A stretch of 62,980 nucleotides of DNA from an uncultured virus (IMG/VR IMGVR_UViG_3300020416_000657). Lineage: Duplodnaviria; Heunggongvirae; Uroviricota; Caudoviricetes. Both the position numbers and the translations under genes were made by a program. The notes beneath the pieces were generated by a model. The model was not told where the DNA came from, did not search any database, and was given only the letters and a program-made list of their open reading frames with translations. This document shows, piece after piece, positions 1 to 8,259 of the stretch; position 1 is the stretch's first letter; the number at the start of each line of letters is the position of its first letter. The DNA lies in the IMG/VR virus record IMGVR_UViG_3300020416_000657; one strand, written 5' to 3'.

Positions 1-145
1 TAGGTTTGAACTAGAAAATGTTATTGATTGGTGGAAAAAGAAAGCCGTCAAAAGATATAGCAACTTGGTCTCAGATGGAAGAATAAGAAAAGATTTGGAA
101 GTCTGGAATTCTGAAACAATTAACAAAATAGATATAATAAGATGA
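1..145 (+). CDS. 3' end of a gene truncated by the window edge (hypothetical)
   Basis: Open frame from position 2 (RFELENVIDWWKKK...DIIR) to TGA 143-145, overlapping the next ATG (ATGA). Confidence 0.7.
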   Translation, partial: RFELENVIDWWKKKAVKRYSNLVSDGRIRKDLEVWNSETINKIDIIR

Positions 146-393
146 ACATAGAAATTTATTCAAAACCAGATTGCCCCTTCTGTGACAGGGCTGTGCATAT
201 TGCACAACAAATAGTACAAGAAACAACACATATCAAGTATGAGAAAAAAATGTTAGATGAAGATTTTACATTTGATGAACTGCTTGAAAAATCACCTCAC
301 GCCAGAACATTCCCACAGATATTTGTGGACGGTGAACTGATTGGTGGTTTCAATGACTTTGAAAAAATGGAGTGGTGGGCTGACAGACAATGA
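142..393 (+). CDS. Glutaredoxin (T4 NrdC-like)
   Basis: CPFC active site, TFPQIF and IGGF motifs. Confidence 0.92.
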   Translation: MNIEIYSKPDCPFCDRAVHIAQQIVQETTHIKYEKKMLDEDFTFDELLEKSPHARTFPQIFVDGELIGGFNDFEKMEWWADRQ

Positions 394-803
394 AAAACTC
401 CCTTGGTTTAGTTGTAGAGGATATAGACGAACCAATACTAGGAAGACCAGAAAACTCTGGTAAGAGACTAGAACTATTGGTTGAAAAGTTTTGTAAGCAA
501 AACTCTATTGGATATACAAGAGCTAAATCTGGTGCGAGAGAAATTGATTTCATTATTACCAAGGACGAACAAATATTTTATGCTGATTGTACAAATCAAA
601 ATGTTGGGGGTAGTGTAGAAGAAAAACTACCACATAAAATTTGGAAGTATTATAAACAGTATCAATATGACGAGGTTTATATTATAACAGGCAGTCATAA
701 AATAAGTAGAAGTGTTTTGAGTCATTGTAAAGAGATTGGTGACATTTATAGTTTCACTCCACACTTTGTTGACTTAGATAATTTTACAAGGATAATAAAA
801 TGA
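390..803 (+). CDS. PD-(D/E)XK restriction-endonuclease-like protein
   Basis: IDF...ADCTNQNVGGSVEEKLP resembles the D...ExK.Q..GS..EK pattern; catalytic K position is T. Confidence 0.5.
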   Translation: MKNSLGLVVEDIDEPILGRPENSGKRLELLVEKFCKQNSIGYTRAKSGAREIDFIITKDEQIFYADCTNQNVGGSVEEKLPHKIWKYYKQYQYDEVYIITGSHKISRSVLSHCKEIGDIYSFTPHFVDLDNFTRIIK

Positions 804-1207
804 AGGTAGGATTTACTTGTGGTGCATTTGATTTACTACACGCTGGTCATGTAGTTATGCTTGAAGAGGCAAAAGATAATTGTGACTTTCTTATGGTGGG
901 ATTACAAACAGACCCCACACTAGACAGGTCAAATAAAAACAAACCAGTACAAAGTATATACGAGCGATACATTCAGTTGTATGGTCTCAGATATGTTGAT
1001 GAGGTTATCCCATACGACAGGGAAAGTTGTTTGATGGATATACTCAATACGAAACGAATTGACATAAGATTTGTCGGTGAAGAGTATAAAGATGAGATGT
1101 TTACAGGGAGTCATTTACCCATAGAGGTTTACTATACCAGTAGAGCACACACTTTCTCTTCTACAGATTTAAGAAAACGAGTGAGGAATGCTCCTAAACC
1201 AAAATGA
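800..1207 (+). CDS. Cytidylyltransferase-like protein (TagD-like)
   Basis: GAFDLLHAGH (HxGH), VDEVIPY, C-terminal SST motif. Confidence 0.9.
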   Translation: MKVGFTCGAFDLLHAGHVVMLEEAKDNCDFLMVGLQTDPTLDRSNKNKPVQSIYERYIQLYGLRYVDEVIPYDRESCLMDILNTKRIDIRFVGEEYKDEMFTGSHLPIEVYYTSRAHTFSSTDLRKRVRNAPKPK

Positions 1208-1520
1208 CATTGGTGGATATGTTGCTAAGGAAGACGATAGATATATTGTCAAGGATAATCCTTTTGGTAACACATTAGTAATTAGTAGTACGCGATTGCG
1301 TGGTGGACAGGAAACTACTGGACATGAACACGATGGTCAAGAAGAGGTATATTTTTTTATTGAAGGTGAAGGTATCATAGAATTAGATTCGTTATACACC
1401 AATGTTAAGGCTGGCGATATAGTACCAATTCAAGATGGTGTCTTTCACAAAGTTTATAATAGTTCAGATGACAATGATTTATATTTCATTTGTGTGTTTG
1501 ACGGAAAGAGAAAAGTATGA
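1188..1520 (+). CDS. Cupin-domain protein (sugar isomerase-like)
   Basis: GHEH...EEVYFFIEGEG...GDIVPI..GVFHKVYN cupin motifs. Confidence 0.85.
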   Translation: MLLNQNDIGGYVAKEDDRYIVKDNPFGNTLVISSTRLRGGQETTGHEHDGQEEVYFFIEGEGIIELDSLYTNVKAGDIVPIQDGVFHKVYNSSDDNDLYFICVFDGKRKV

Positions 1521-2518
1521 AGATAACATGTGCTAGATTGCGGTCTAATGTAAAGTATGAAGGCCCACTACAAACGGTACTAGATAGTTTTTTAGAGAAC
1601 TATGTGAAGTGGATGAGGGCAAACCCCCAACACCAGTACGGAACCTATAACATATCATTTGATGGTACTAGACCCAAGAGAACACCAGAGTCAATAGAAT
1701 GGGCTGACGCGATAGTAATCCCTAGTGATAGTGAGTTTAGATATCATGGTGAGTTACAAATGAATCCAAAAGACTTGGCGAAGTCACAGGCCCACATGGA
1801 TAACATCATACCATTCTTTAAAGACAAACATGTTATTGTCATGAGAAGTGATAGAGGTGATGACGAAAAGTTATACAGAGAAGAAACACTACAGAATGTG
1901 CCAATCAAATCTTACACAGAGATTGATGAGATTGATTTCTCTGGTAACATACACGGAATGAAGTATCACTTTATAAGAAACAAATTTGGCAACCCACTAT
2001 TCACTACGGCAAAGAGAACCGACTTTGGATATTGGGGACGCATGAAGACAGGGTGTAACCGCGATAAGATTATTAGAAAGATTTATCGTGACCCAGACTT
2101 AAGCACATGTTTGATTGGTGGATTTCCATCTGGTATTCAAAGACAGGCTTCGTGGATAAAAGATTGGAATCAATTATATCCTATGTTAGAACCATGCAGA
2201 TGGACATTATGTTTTAACTGGAAGGATGAGACTGCTACTACATCTAGATATGTGGAGGCACTCGCAATAGGAATGATACCTTTTGTGTGGAAACAGTACG
2301 ACAAGAACAACACATATAACATAGACCCTTGGCAAAGAATAGAAGACTTTGATGATTTGAAATCTAAGGTCATGGAGTTGAGGGATGAAAGTTTGTTAGA
2401 TAAAAAACTTGAAGAGTATAGAATGAACTATGGTAAGAAACTATTAACTCTTGAGGGATACTATGAGATATTCTCTCATAAAATGAATGGGGTATTGAAT
2501 GAAGATAGCGTTAGTTAA
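1517..2518 (+). CDS. GT-B glycosyltransferase resembling T4 DNA beta-glucosyltransferase
   Basis: KRTDFGYWGRMKTG.NR and TTSRYVEALA...DLKSKVMELR resemble remembered T4 BGT segments; lies directly upstream of gp47, where T4 has alpha-gt. Confidence 0.7.
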   Translation: MKITCARLRSNVKYEGPLQTVLDSFLENYVKWMRANPQHQYGTYNISFDGTRPKRTPESIEWADAIVIPSDSEFRYHGELQMNPKDLAKSQAHMDNIIPFFKDKHVIVMRSDRGDDEKLYREETLQNVPIKSYTEIDEIDFSGNIHGMKYHFIRNKFGNPLFTTAKRTDFGYWGRMKTGCNRDKIIRKIYRDPDLSTCLIGGFPSGIQRQASWIKDWNQLYPMLEPCRWTLCFNWKDETATTSRYVEALAIGMIPFVWKQYDKNNTYNIDPWQRIEDFDDLKSKVMELRDESLLDKKLEEYRMNYGKKLLTLEGYYEIFSHKMNGVLNEDSVS

Positions 2519-3551
2519 CGATACACACTTTGGTGCGAGGTCAGACAGTTTGCCGTTTGATTCGTATTTCAGAAAATTCTATGATGAGTTCTTCTTTCCA
2601 GCACTAGCGGAAAGAGAGATAAAAACAATTATGCATTTGGGTGATATCTTTGATAGAAGAAAGTATATGAATTACAACACACTCAAGAGTTGTAAAGAGT
2701 ATTTCTTCAACCAAGCAAAAGACCTAAATATAGATATGCATGTGGTGCCAGGCAACCACGATACTTATTTCAAAAACACCAATGATGTCAATGCACCAGA
2801 ATTACTATTACAAGAGTATGATAATGTCATCGTATATCCAGAAATTACAGAGTTAGAATTTGATGGGAGAAAAATTTTATTTGTTCCTTGGATATGTAGC
2901 GATAATTATGAGTCTACTATGGAAATGGTCAAAAGAACTGACGCAGAAGTATGTTTCGGCCACTTTGAATTCGCTGGGTTCCAAATGTATAAAGGTCTGC
3001 CAAATGAGCATGGAATGGATCATAATGCCTTTGAGCGCTTCGATTTGGTTTGTAGTGGTCATTACCATCACCGTTCTGCTAGGGATAATGTGGTGTATCT
3101 TGGTAACCCTTATGAAATTACATGGTCTGATTTCAACGATAATAGAGGGTTCAATATCTATGATACGCAAACTAATGAATTAGAATTCATGCAAAATCCA
3201 TTTAGAATGTTTCATAAGATATTCTATAATGATGTTGATGATGATGTAGAATATGATTTGACTAATTTAGTTGGCGGATGTGTAAAAGTTATTGTTGTAA
3301 AGAAAGAAAACTTTGCTAAGTTTGACAAACTGATTGACTCATTATACAGTTGTAATCTAGTGGAGTTAAAGATTATAGAAGACTTTTCAGAGTTTGAGGA
3401 TAACGCGGTAGGAGAAATGGATTTGAAACTTGATGATACAATTACATTGTTAAATGATTATGTTGATAATACCGTAACAGATTTAGACAAAGAAAGATTA
3501 AAGAGTGTATTGCAATCCTTATATGTAGAAGCACAACACATAGAGGTTTAG
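2499..3551 (+). CDS. gp47: Recombination endonuclease subunit (Mre11/SbcD-like)
   Basis: DTHFG, LGDIFD, GNHD, SGHYH phosphoesterase motifs; near gp46. Confidence 0.96.
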   Translation: MKIALVNDTHFGARSDSLPFDSYFRKFYDEFFFPALAEREIKTIMHLGDIFDRRKYMNYNTLKSCKEYFFNQAKDLNIDMHVVPGNHDTYFKNTNDVNAPELLLQEYDNVIVYPEITELEFDGRKILFVPWICSDNYESTMEMVKRTDAEVCFGHFEFAGFQMYKGLPNEHGMDHNAFERFDLVCSGHYHHRSARDNVVYLGNPYEITWSDFNDNRGFNIYDTQTNELEFMQNPFRMFHKIFYNDVDDDVEYDLTNLVGGCVKVIVVKKENFAKFDKLIDSLYSCNLVELKIIEDFSEFEDNAVGEMDLKLDDTITLLNDYVDNTVTDLDKERLKSVLQSLYVEAQHIEV

Positions 3552-4424
3552 ATGTTACACATACCAGAGTATGAAGAAGGTAAAAAATATCTGGTAGTTT
3601 CTGGATGTTCGTTTACCGCACCAACTAATCAATGGCCAGAAAATAATCTTCCCAATGATGGCACTAGTAATTCATGGGGAGAACATACTGCTGACGAATT
3701 AGATATGGTTTGTATCAATGCTGCTTTTGCTGGTGTTGGTAATAACATGATTATGAGACAAGTGTTGTATACACTTTCTAGGATGTTTGAAATGGGATAC
3801 CCAACATCGGCAATAACGGTTGGTGTTATGTGGTCTAGTTATGATAGAACTGAAATTTATAAACATGATTCGGAACCAAAAATAGGTGCTAAAGGTGTAC
3901 CATTCCACCCAAGAAGACCAATTAAAGATTGTAACGGAGAATGGATTCCTTTTAATCCAGCCACCGTATATTTCATAGAGGAACAACTCAACTCAAAAAC
4001 ACCGTTTGTAAAATTTAATCCAAAAGCAAGAGAGTATGTTGAAATAGGAAGGTCTATTTATTTTAAAACTTGGGCGAATGAAGTACAAAGAATCATACAC
4101 AGTTTGCAATGCGTCATGGGAACACAGGAGTTTCTAATCAATAGAAACATAAAATATTTTTTTCATAGATATGCCGAAAATTGTTTTAGTGAACAGAGTG
4201 AAGTTTACCAAGACCCAGAGATATCTTGGATTAGTAATTTAATTAATTGGGAAAACTTTATACCTAGTGGTGAATTTGAGTGGTGTTATGAAAACACTAA
4301 AACTAAATTCGTAGAAGAAACTAGATTGGGTTGGGACAGGAAAAATAACATTATGCACCCCACGGTGATACAACATAAAAAATATGCAGAGGAGATGGTA
4401 GTACCTTTTATCAAAAATTTATGA
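3552..4424 (+). CDS. SGNH/GDSL-hydrolase-like hypothetical protein (paralog 1)
   Basis: SGCSFT, G.GN, VMWS..DR.E, C-terminal HP...H. Confidence 0.6.
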   Translation: MLHIPEYEEGKKYLVVSGCSFTAPTNQWPENNLPNDGTSNSWGEHTADELDMVCINAAFAGVGNNMIMRQVLYTLSRMFEMGYPTSAITVGVMWSSYDRTEIYKHDSEPKIGAKGVPFHPRRPIKDCNGEWIPFNPATVYFIEEQLNSKTPFVKFNPKAREYVEIGRSIYFKTWANEVQRIIHSLQCVMGTQEFLINRNIKYFFHRYAENCFSEQSEVYQDPEISWISNLINWENFIPSGEFEWCYENTKTKFVEETRLGWDRKNNIMHPTVIQHKKYAEEMVVPFIKNL

Positions 4425-6091
4425 TTACATTTGAAAAAATAAGATGGAAAAATTTCTTGTCTACAGGAAATAGTTTTACAGAGATAGAGTTTAATCGAAG
4501 TCCTAGCACTCTAGTGGTAGGTGAGAATGGTAGTGGTAAATCCACAATGCTTGATGCTGTATGTTTTTCTTTATTTAATAAACCATTCCGTAAGATTAGT
4601 AAAACTCAGTTGATAAACTCAATCAACAATAAAAAGATGATTGTTGAAATAGAGTTTAGAATAGGCGGTAAAGAGTTTAAAGTTATTCGCGGTGTTAAAC
4701 CAAGTATCTTTGAGGTATATTGTAACGGGCAGATGTTAGACCAAGATGCTGCTGTAAGAGATACACAGAAATACCTTGAAGAAAGTATATTGAAGATGAA
4801 CTTCAAATCGTTTACTCAAATAGTAATACTGGGAAGTGCTTCCTTTACGCCATTTATGCAGTTGCCTACAGCATCTCGCCGAGAAATTATCGAGGACATA
4901 CTTGATATCGAAATATTTACGACTATGAATCAAGTGTTACGCGAGAAGATTGCCGTCCTTAGAGATGAAATTAGAGATGTGGAATCAGAAGTGGAAGTAG
5001 CAAAATCCAAAGCAACGGTTCAAAGAAAGTATATTGAACAGTTGGAAAAGGACAAGAAAATTAAAGTTGATAAAATTAAGGAGAAAATTGATGAGCTCAT
5101 CGAGGCGACTACTGAACTTGAGACAAAACTTGCAGAGACAACAGCAGAGAAGGAGAGTCATGATGACCCGAAAGAACGGAAACGCAAACTGGATGCTCTC
5201 AAAGACAAACTCAACTCTAACCTCAGAAAAGCAAGAAAAGAACTTGACTTCTACCACGACACAGAAGAATGCCCTACCTGTAAACAAGGATTAACCCATG
5301 AGTTCAAAGAAGAAAAACAAAAAGAAAAATCAGAAAGAATACAAGAGTTAGAAACTGGTTTACACGATATGGATGCAGAGTATAGTTCTGTCCACGATGC
5401 AATAGAAAAGTATGACCAGATTGTGACTGACATAACAGAGATTCAAAGTGAACTTATAACTCAAGAAAGATACAAGAATAGATTAACTTTGGAACTAAAT
5501 GAAGCAGAAACTAATGTTGCTGATATAGATGATGAGAGAAACAGACTTAAAGAAATGGCTGTTGACCTAACAAATAAAAACAAAGAAAAAACTAGTAAGG
5601 GTGAAGAACAACATTATAATACTGCCGCTGCTAGTCTGCTTAAAGACACAGGAATTAAGACTAGAGTTATAAGACAGTATCTACCAATCATCAATCAGTT
5701 GGTGAATAAATATTTGGCTGCTATGGATTTCTTTGTTCACTTTGATTTAGATGAAAAGTTCAATGAAACAATAAAGTCCAGACATAGAGATAAGTTTTCT
5801 TACTCCAGTTTTAGTGAGGGTGAGAAACAAAGAATAGACTTGGCATTATTATTTACATGGCGTACAATTGCTAAAATGAAAAATAGTGCGAGTACCAACC
5901 TGTTATTACTAGATGAAGTATTTGACAGTTCCTTGGATAACAATGGGGTTGACTATGTAATGAACCTATTGAATACCATAGGAGAGGAAACCAATGTGTT
6001 TGTGATTTCTCACAAGGGTGACCAGTTGTTTGATAAATTTAGAAATCAGATTAAATTTGAAAAGATAAGAAACTATAGTGTGATGTCATGA
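4421..6091 (+). CDS. gp46: Recombination ATPase (Rad50/SbcC-like)
   Basis: GENGSGKS Walker A, CPTC hook, SFSEGEK signature, LLLDEVFD. Confidence 0.97.
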   Translation: MITFEKIRWKNFLSTGNSFTEIEFNRSPSTLVVGENGSGKSTMLDAVCFSLFNKPFRKISKTQLINSINNKKMIVEIEFRIGGKEFKVIRGVKPSIFEVYCNGQMLDQDAAVRDTQKYLEESILKMNFKSFTQIVILGSASFTPFMQLPTASRREIIEDILDIEIFTTMNQVLREKIAVLRDEIRDVESEVEVAKSKATVQRKYIEQLEKDKKIKVDKIKEKIDELIEATTELETKLAETTAEKESHDDPKERKRKLDALKDKLNSNLRKARKELDFYHDTEECPTCKQGLTHEFKEEKQKEKSERIQELETGLHDMDAEYSSVHDAIEKYDQIVTDITEIQSELITQERYKNRLTLELNEAETNVADIDDERNRLKEMAVDLTNKNKEKTSKGEEQHYNTAAASLLKDTGIKTRVIRQYLPIINQLVNKYLAAMDFFVHFDLDEKFNETIKSRHRDKFSYSSFSEGEKQRIDLALLFTWRTIAKMKNSASTNLLLLDEVFDSSLDNNGVDYVMNLLNTIGEETNVFVISHKGDQLFDKFRNQIKFEKIRNYSVMS

Positions 6092-6621
6092 ACGATTTAG
6101 AATTATTACCATTGAACCATCCAATGTTGAAGGTTCCGCCAACTGAGTTTGATTTTGATAAACAGGATGCAAAAGAATTTGCTGAACAGATTTGGAATAG
6201 ACAGAGGGAACTAGGTGGTGTAGGACTATCAGCGAACCAAGTAGGAAGAAACGCGAGAATGTTTACGATGGGTGTAGATAAAGGCCCAGACTATAACTTT
6301 AAAAGAGTTTTATTTAACCCAGAGTTAACTACATATAGTGAAGAAACTGATACTATGGAAGAAGGGTGTCTCTCGGCGCCAGGCATCACGCTGATGGTGC
6401 GTAGACCTATTAAGTGTACAATGTCATATAAGAACGAAGAAAATGAGGTTGTAATCGAAGAATTTGAGGGTTTATGGGCAAGGGTTGCCTTACATGAGTA
6501 TGACCACATGTTAGGTCAAAATTTTACTCAAAGGGTATCTAAAGTAAAACTAGACAGAGCGATAAAGAAGGCGAAAAAATTTCACAAAAAATTAAAAAGA
6601 GCTATTGAAAATAATAAATAG
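6088..6621 (+). CDS. def: Peptide deformylase
   Basis: GVGLSANQVG, EGCLS, HEYDH motifs. Confidence 0.95.
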   Translation: MNDLELLPLNHPMLKVPPTEFDFDKQDAKEFAEQIWNRQRELGGVGLSANQVGRNARMFTMGVDKGPDYNFKRVLFNPELTTYSEETDTMEEGCLSAPGITLMVRRPIKCTMSYKNEENEVVIEEFEGLWARVALHEYDHMLGQNFTQRVSKVKLDRAIKKAKKFHKKLKRAIENNK

Positions 6622-6648
6622 TATCACATATGAATAGAGACCGTAACT

Positions 6649-7119
6649 ATGGCATATAGTAAAGAAGTAATAAAAAGATTTGAAGAAGTAACAAATAACC
6701 CCCAAGCTCATGGGGTGGGTAGATTTGACCCCAATGACCCCAATGTAGCAACAGGGATGACAGGCGCGCCGGCATGTGGTGATGTCATGAAATTAGACCT
6801 TAAACTTGACCCCGAAACAGATATTATACAGGATGTTAAGTTTAAGACATATGGTTGTGGTTCAGCTATCGCATCATCTAGTATGTTTGTTGAAATGCTG
6901 AAAGGATTACACATCGAAGATGCGAAAATGATTAAAGATAAAGACATCGCTGATGCCCTAGCACTTCCGCCTATCAAGATACATTGCTCGGTGCTTGCAG
7001 AAGATAGTATCAAAAGAGCGATACAAGATTGGGCTGAGAAGAAAGCTGGTCGTAATACTACATGGTTAGAACAAATGACCATGCCCAAAGAGGAACCACA
7101 TGCAGATAACATTAACTGA
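6649..7119 (+). CDS. iscU: Fe-S cluster scaffold protein
   Basis: GAPACGDVM, FKTYGCGSAIASSS, LPPIKIHCSVLAEDSIK. Confidence 0.95.
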   Translation: MAYSKEVIKRFEEVTNNPQAHGVGRFDPNDPNVATGMTGAPACGDVMKLDLKLDPETDIIQDVKFKTYGCGSAIASSSMFVEMLKGLHIEDAKMIKDKDIADALALPPIKIHCSVLAEDSIKRAIQDWAEKKAGRNTTWLEQMTMPKEEPHADNIN

Positions 7120-7423
7120 CGATGCAAAAAAATATTGGAAAAAACTTTTAGATGAGAAACCTAGTGCTAAGTATGTACGACTTGGCGTCAAGGGTGGCGG
7201 TTGTGCCGGATTTAGTTATACATGGGAGTATACTGATAATTCTGAGCGTGGTGTACTGATAGAAGATATATTGGTTGTAGATGACTACGCGGAAATGTTT
7301 TTACACGGTAGTGAAATAGTATTTGAAAAAGACCTAGGCGGGTCTCACATTCAAGTAACCAATCCAAATGAAGTAAGTGCTTGTGGGTGCGGAGAAAGCA
7401 TACAATTCGCATCGGCAATATAG
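7100..7423 (+). CDS. iscA: A-type Fe-S carrier (IscA/SufA/HesB)
   Basis: GGGCAGFSY and NPN..ACGCGES motifs. Confidence 0.92.
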   Translation: MQITLTDDAKKYWKKLLDEKPSAKYVRLGVKGGGCAGFSYTWEYTDNSERGVLIEDILVVDDYAEMFLHGSEIVFEKDLGGSHIQVTNPNEVSACGCGESIQFASAI

Positions 7424-7432
7424 GAGTAAACA

Positions 7433-7582
7433 ATTAACGAAAACGAACTTGAACAATGGGTCAAAGATAATCCCATTCTAGCCAATGCCGTATTACCATC
7501 ATGCATAGTTTTAGGGGCAGTAACAATACAGGCTGGGTTAATATTATTAATTGATTGGATGTTATATATCCATTCATTTTAG
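7433..7582 (+). CDS. Small membrane protein, 49 aa, apparent ATT start
   Basis: AGGAG at 7422-7426, open frame INENELEQW...IHSF* with a hydrophobic stretch, fills the intergenic gap. Confidence 0.5.
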   Translation: MNENELEQWVKDNPILANAVLPSCIVLGAVTIQAGLILLIDWMLYIHSF

Positions 7583-7591
7583 GAGAGAAAC

Positions 7592-7957
7592 ATGGCAGAT
7601 GATTTTGATTTTGGGTTTACCGCAGTAGACGATATACCAGCAGGAGAAAGACAAGAAGTTCCTGTACAGGCGGAAATACCTACAGACCAAATAGATAAGA
7701 TAATGGACAAACTAGAACAGTTAGAGTCTAGGATTTTATCAGCAGATAATTCTGGTATGATAAATGAACACAGAGCTTTGGTAGAAAGTGATGTCGCTAA
7801 TAAACTACGCGATGCAGAAGACTTGATACTACCATTGTTAAAGAATTTAAAAAGGAATCCAGAAAAAGACTATATTCATTGGCCAAACAGGGATGTAATC
7901 ATAGATAAACAAATCGAAAAGATACAGGCAGTAACAAGATACTTTGAGCGTATATAG
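7592..7957 (+). CDS. Hypothetical protein
   Basis: RBS AGGAG; 121-aa ORF (DFGFTAVD...NPEKDYIHWPNR). Confidence 0.8.
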   Translation: MADDFDFGFTAVDDIPAGERQEVPVQAEIPTDQIDKIMDKLEQLESRILSADNSGMINEHRALVESDVANKLRDAEDLILPLLKNLKRNPEKDYIHWPNRDVIIDKQIEKIQAVTRYFERI

Positions 7958-8139
7958 TGGGTAAATTTTATAGGAGAAAACGCATGGCCGAACAAGAAGA
8001 GGAAATGATATCTCAAGAAGATATGACAGAACACCAGAAAAATAAGTTAAAATTCCAAAAAAAGTCGATAGTAGACCAAGCAGAAGCGATAAAAGCGCAA
8101 ATGGAAGCGGTAGATAAGTGGATTTCTGAACAATTTTAG
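7957..8139 (+). CDS. Hypothetical protein (start may be ATG 7984)
   Basis: ORF with AGGAG upstream of an internal ATG. Confidence 0.6.
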   Translation: MGKFYRRKRMAEQEEEMISQEDMTEHQKNKLKFQKKSIVDQAEAIKAQMEAVDKWISEQF

Positions 8140-8174
8140 CGAAAAAAATTAAACTTTTTTTGTTTTTCCTTGTA

Positions 8175-8232
8175 AATCAATGACTTAGAGAGGCAGCTTT
8201 TACTTGACATCTGCTATGGGATATGCGATCAT
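8175..8232 (+). promoter_or_regulatory. IHF-consensus site plus sigma70-type promoter with GATCAT -10
   Basis: AATCAATGACTTA 8175-8187; TTGACA 8204-8209, 17-nt spacer, GATCAT 8227-8232. Confidence 0.8.
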
Positions 8233-8259
8233 AGTACTGTAATTGAGAGTGAGAGACAT

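Noticed and set aside
7100..7582. Stop-codon readthrough or recoding (iscA TAG in frame with the next ORF)
   Set aside because: A TAA follows two codons later, and core genes are full length under the standard code
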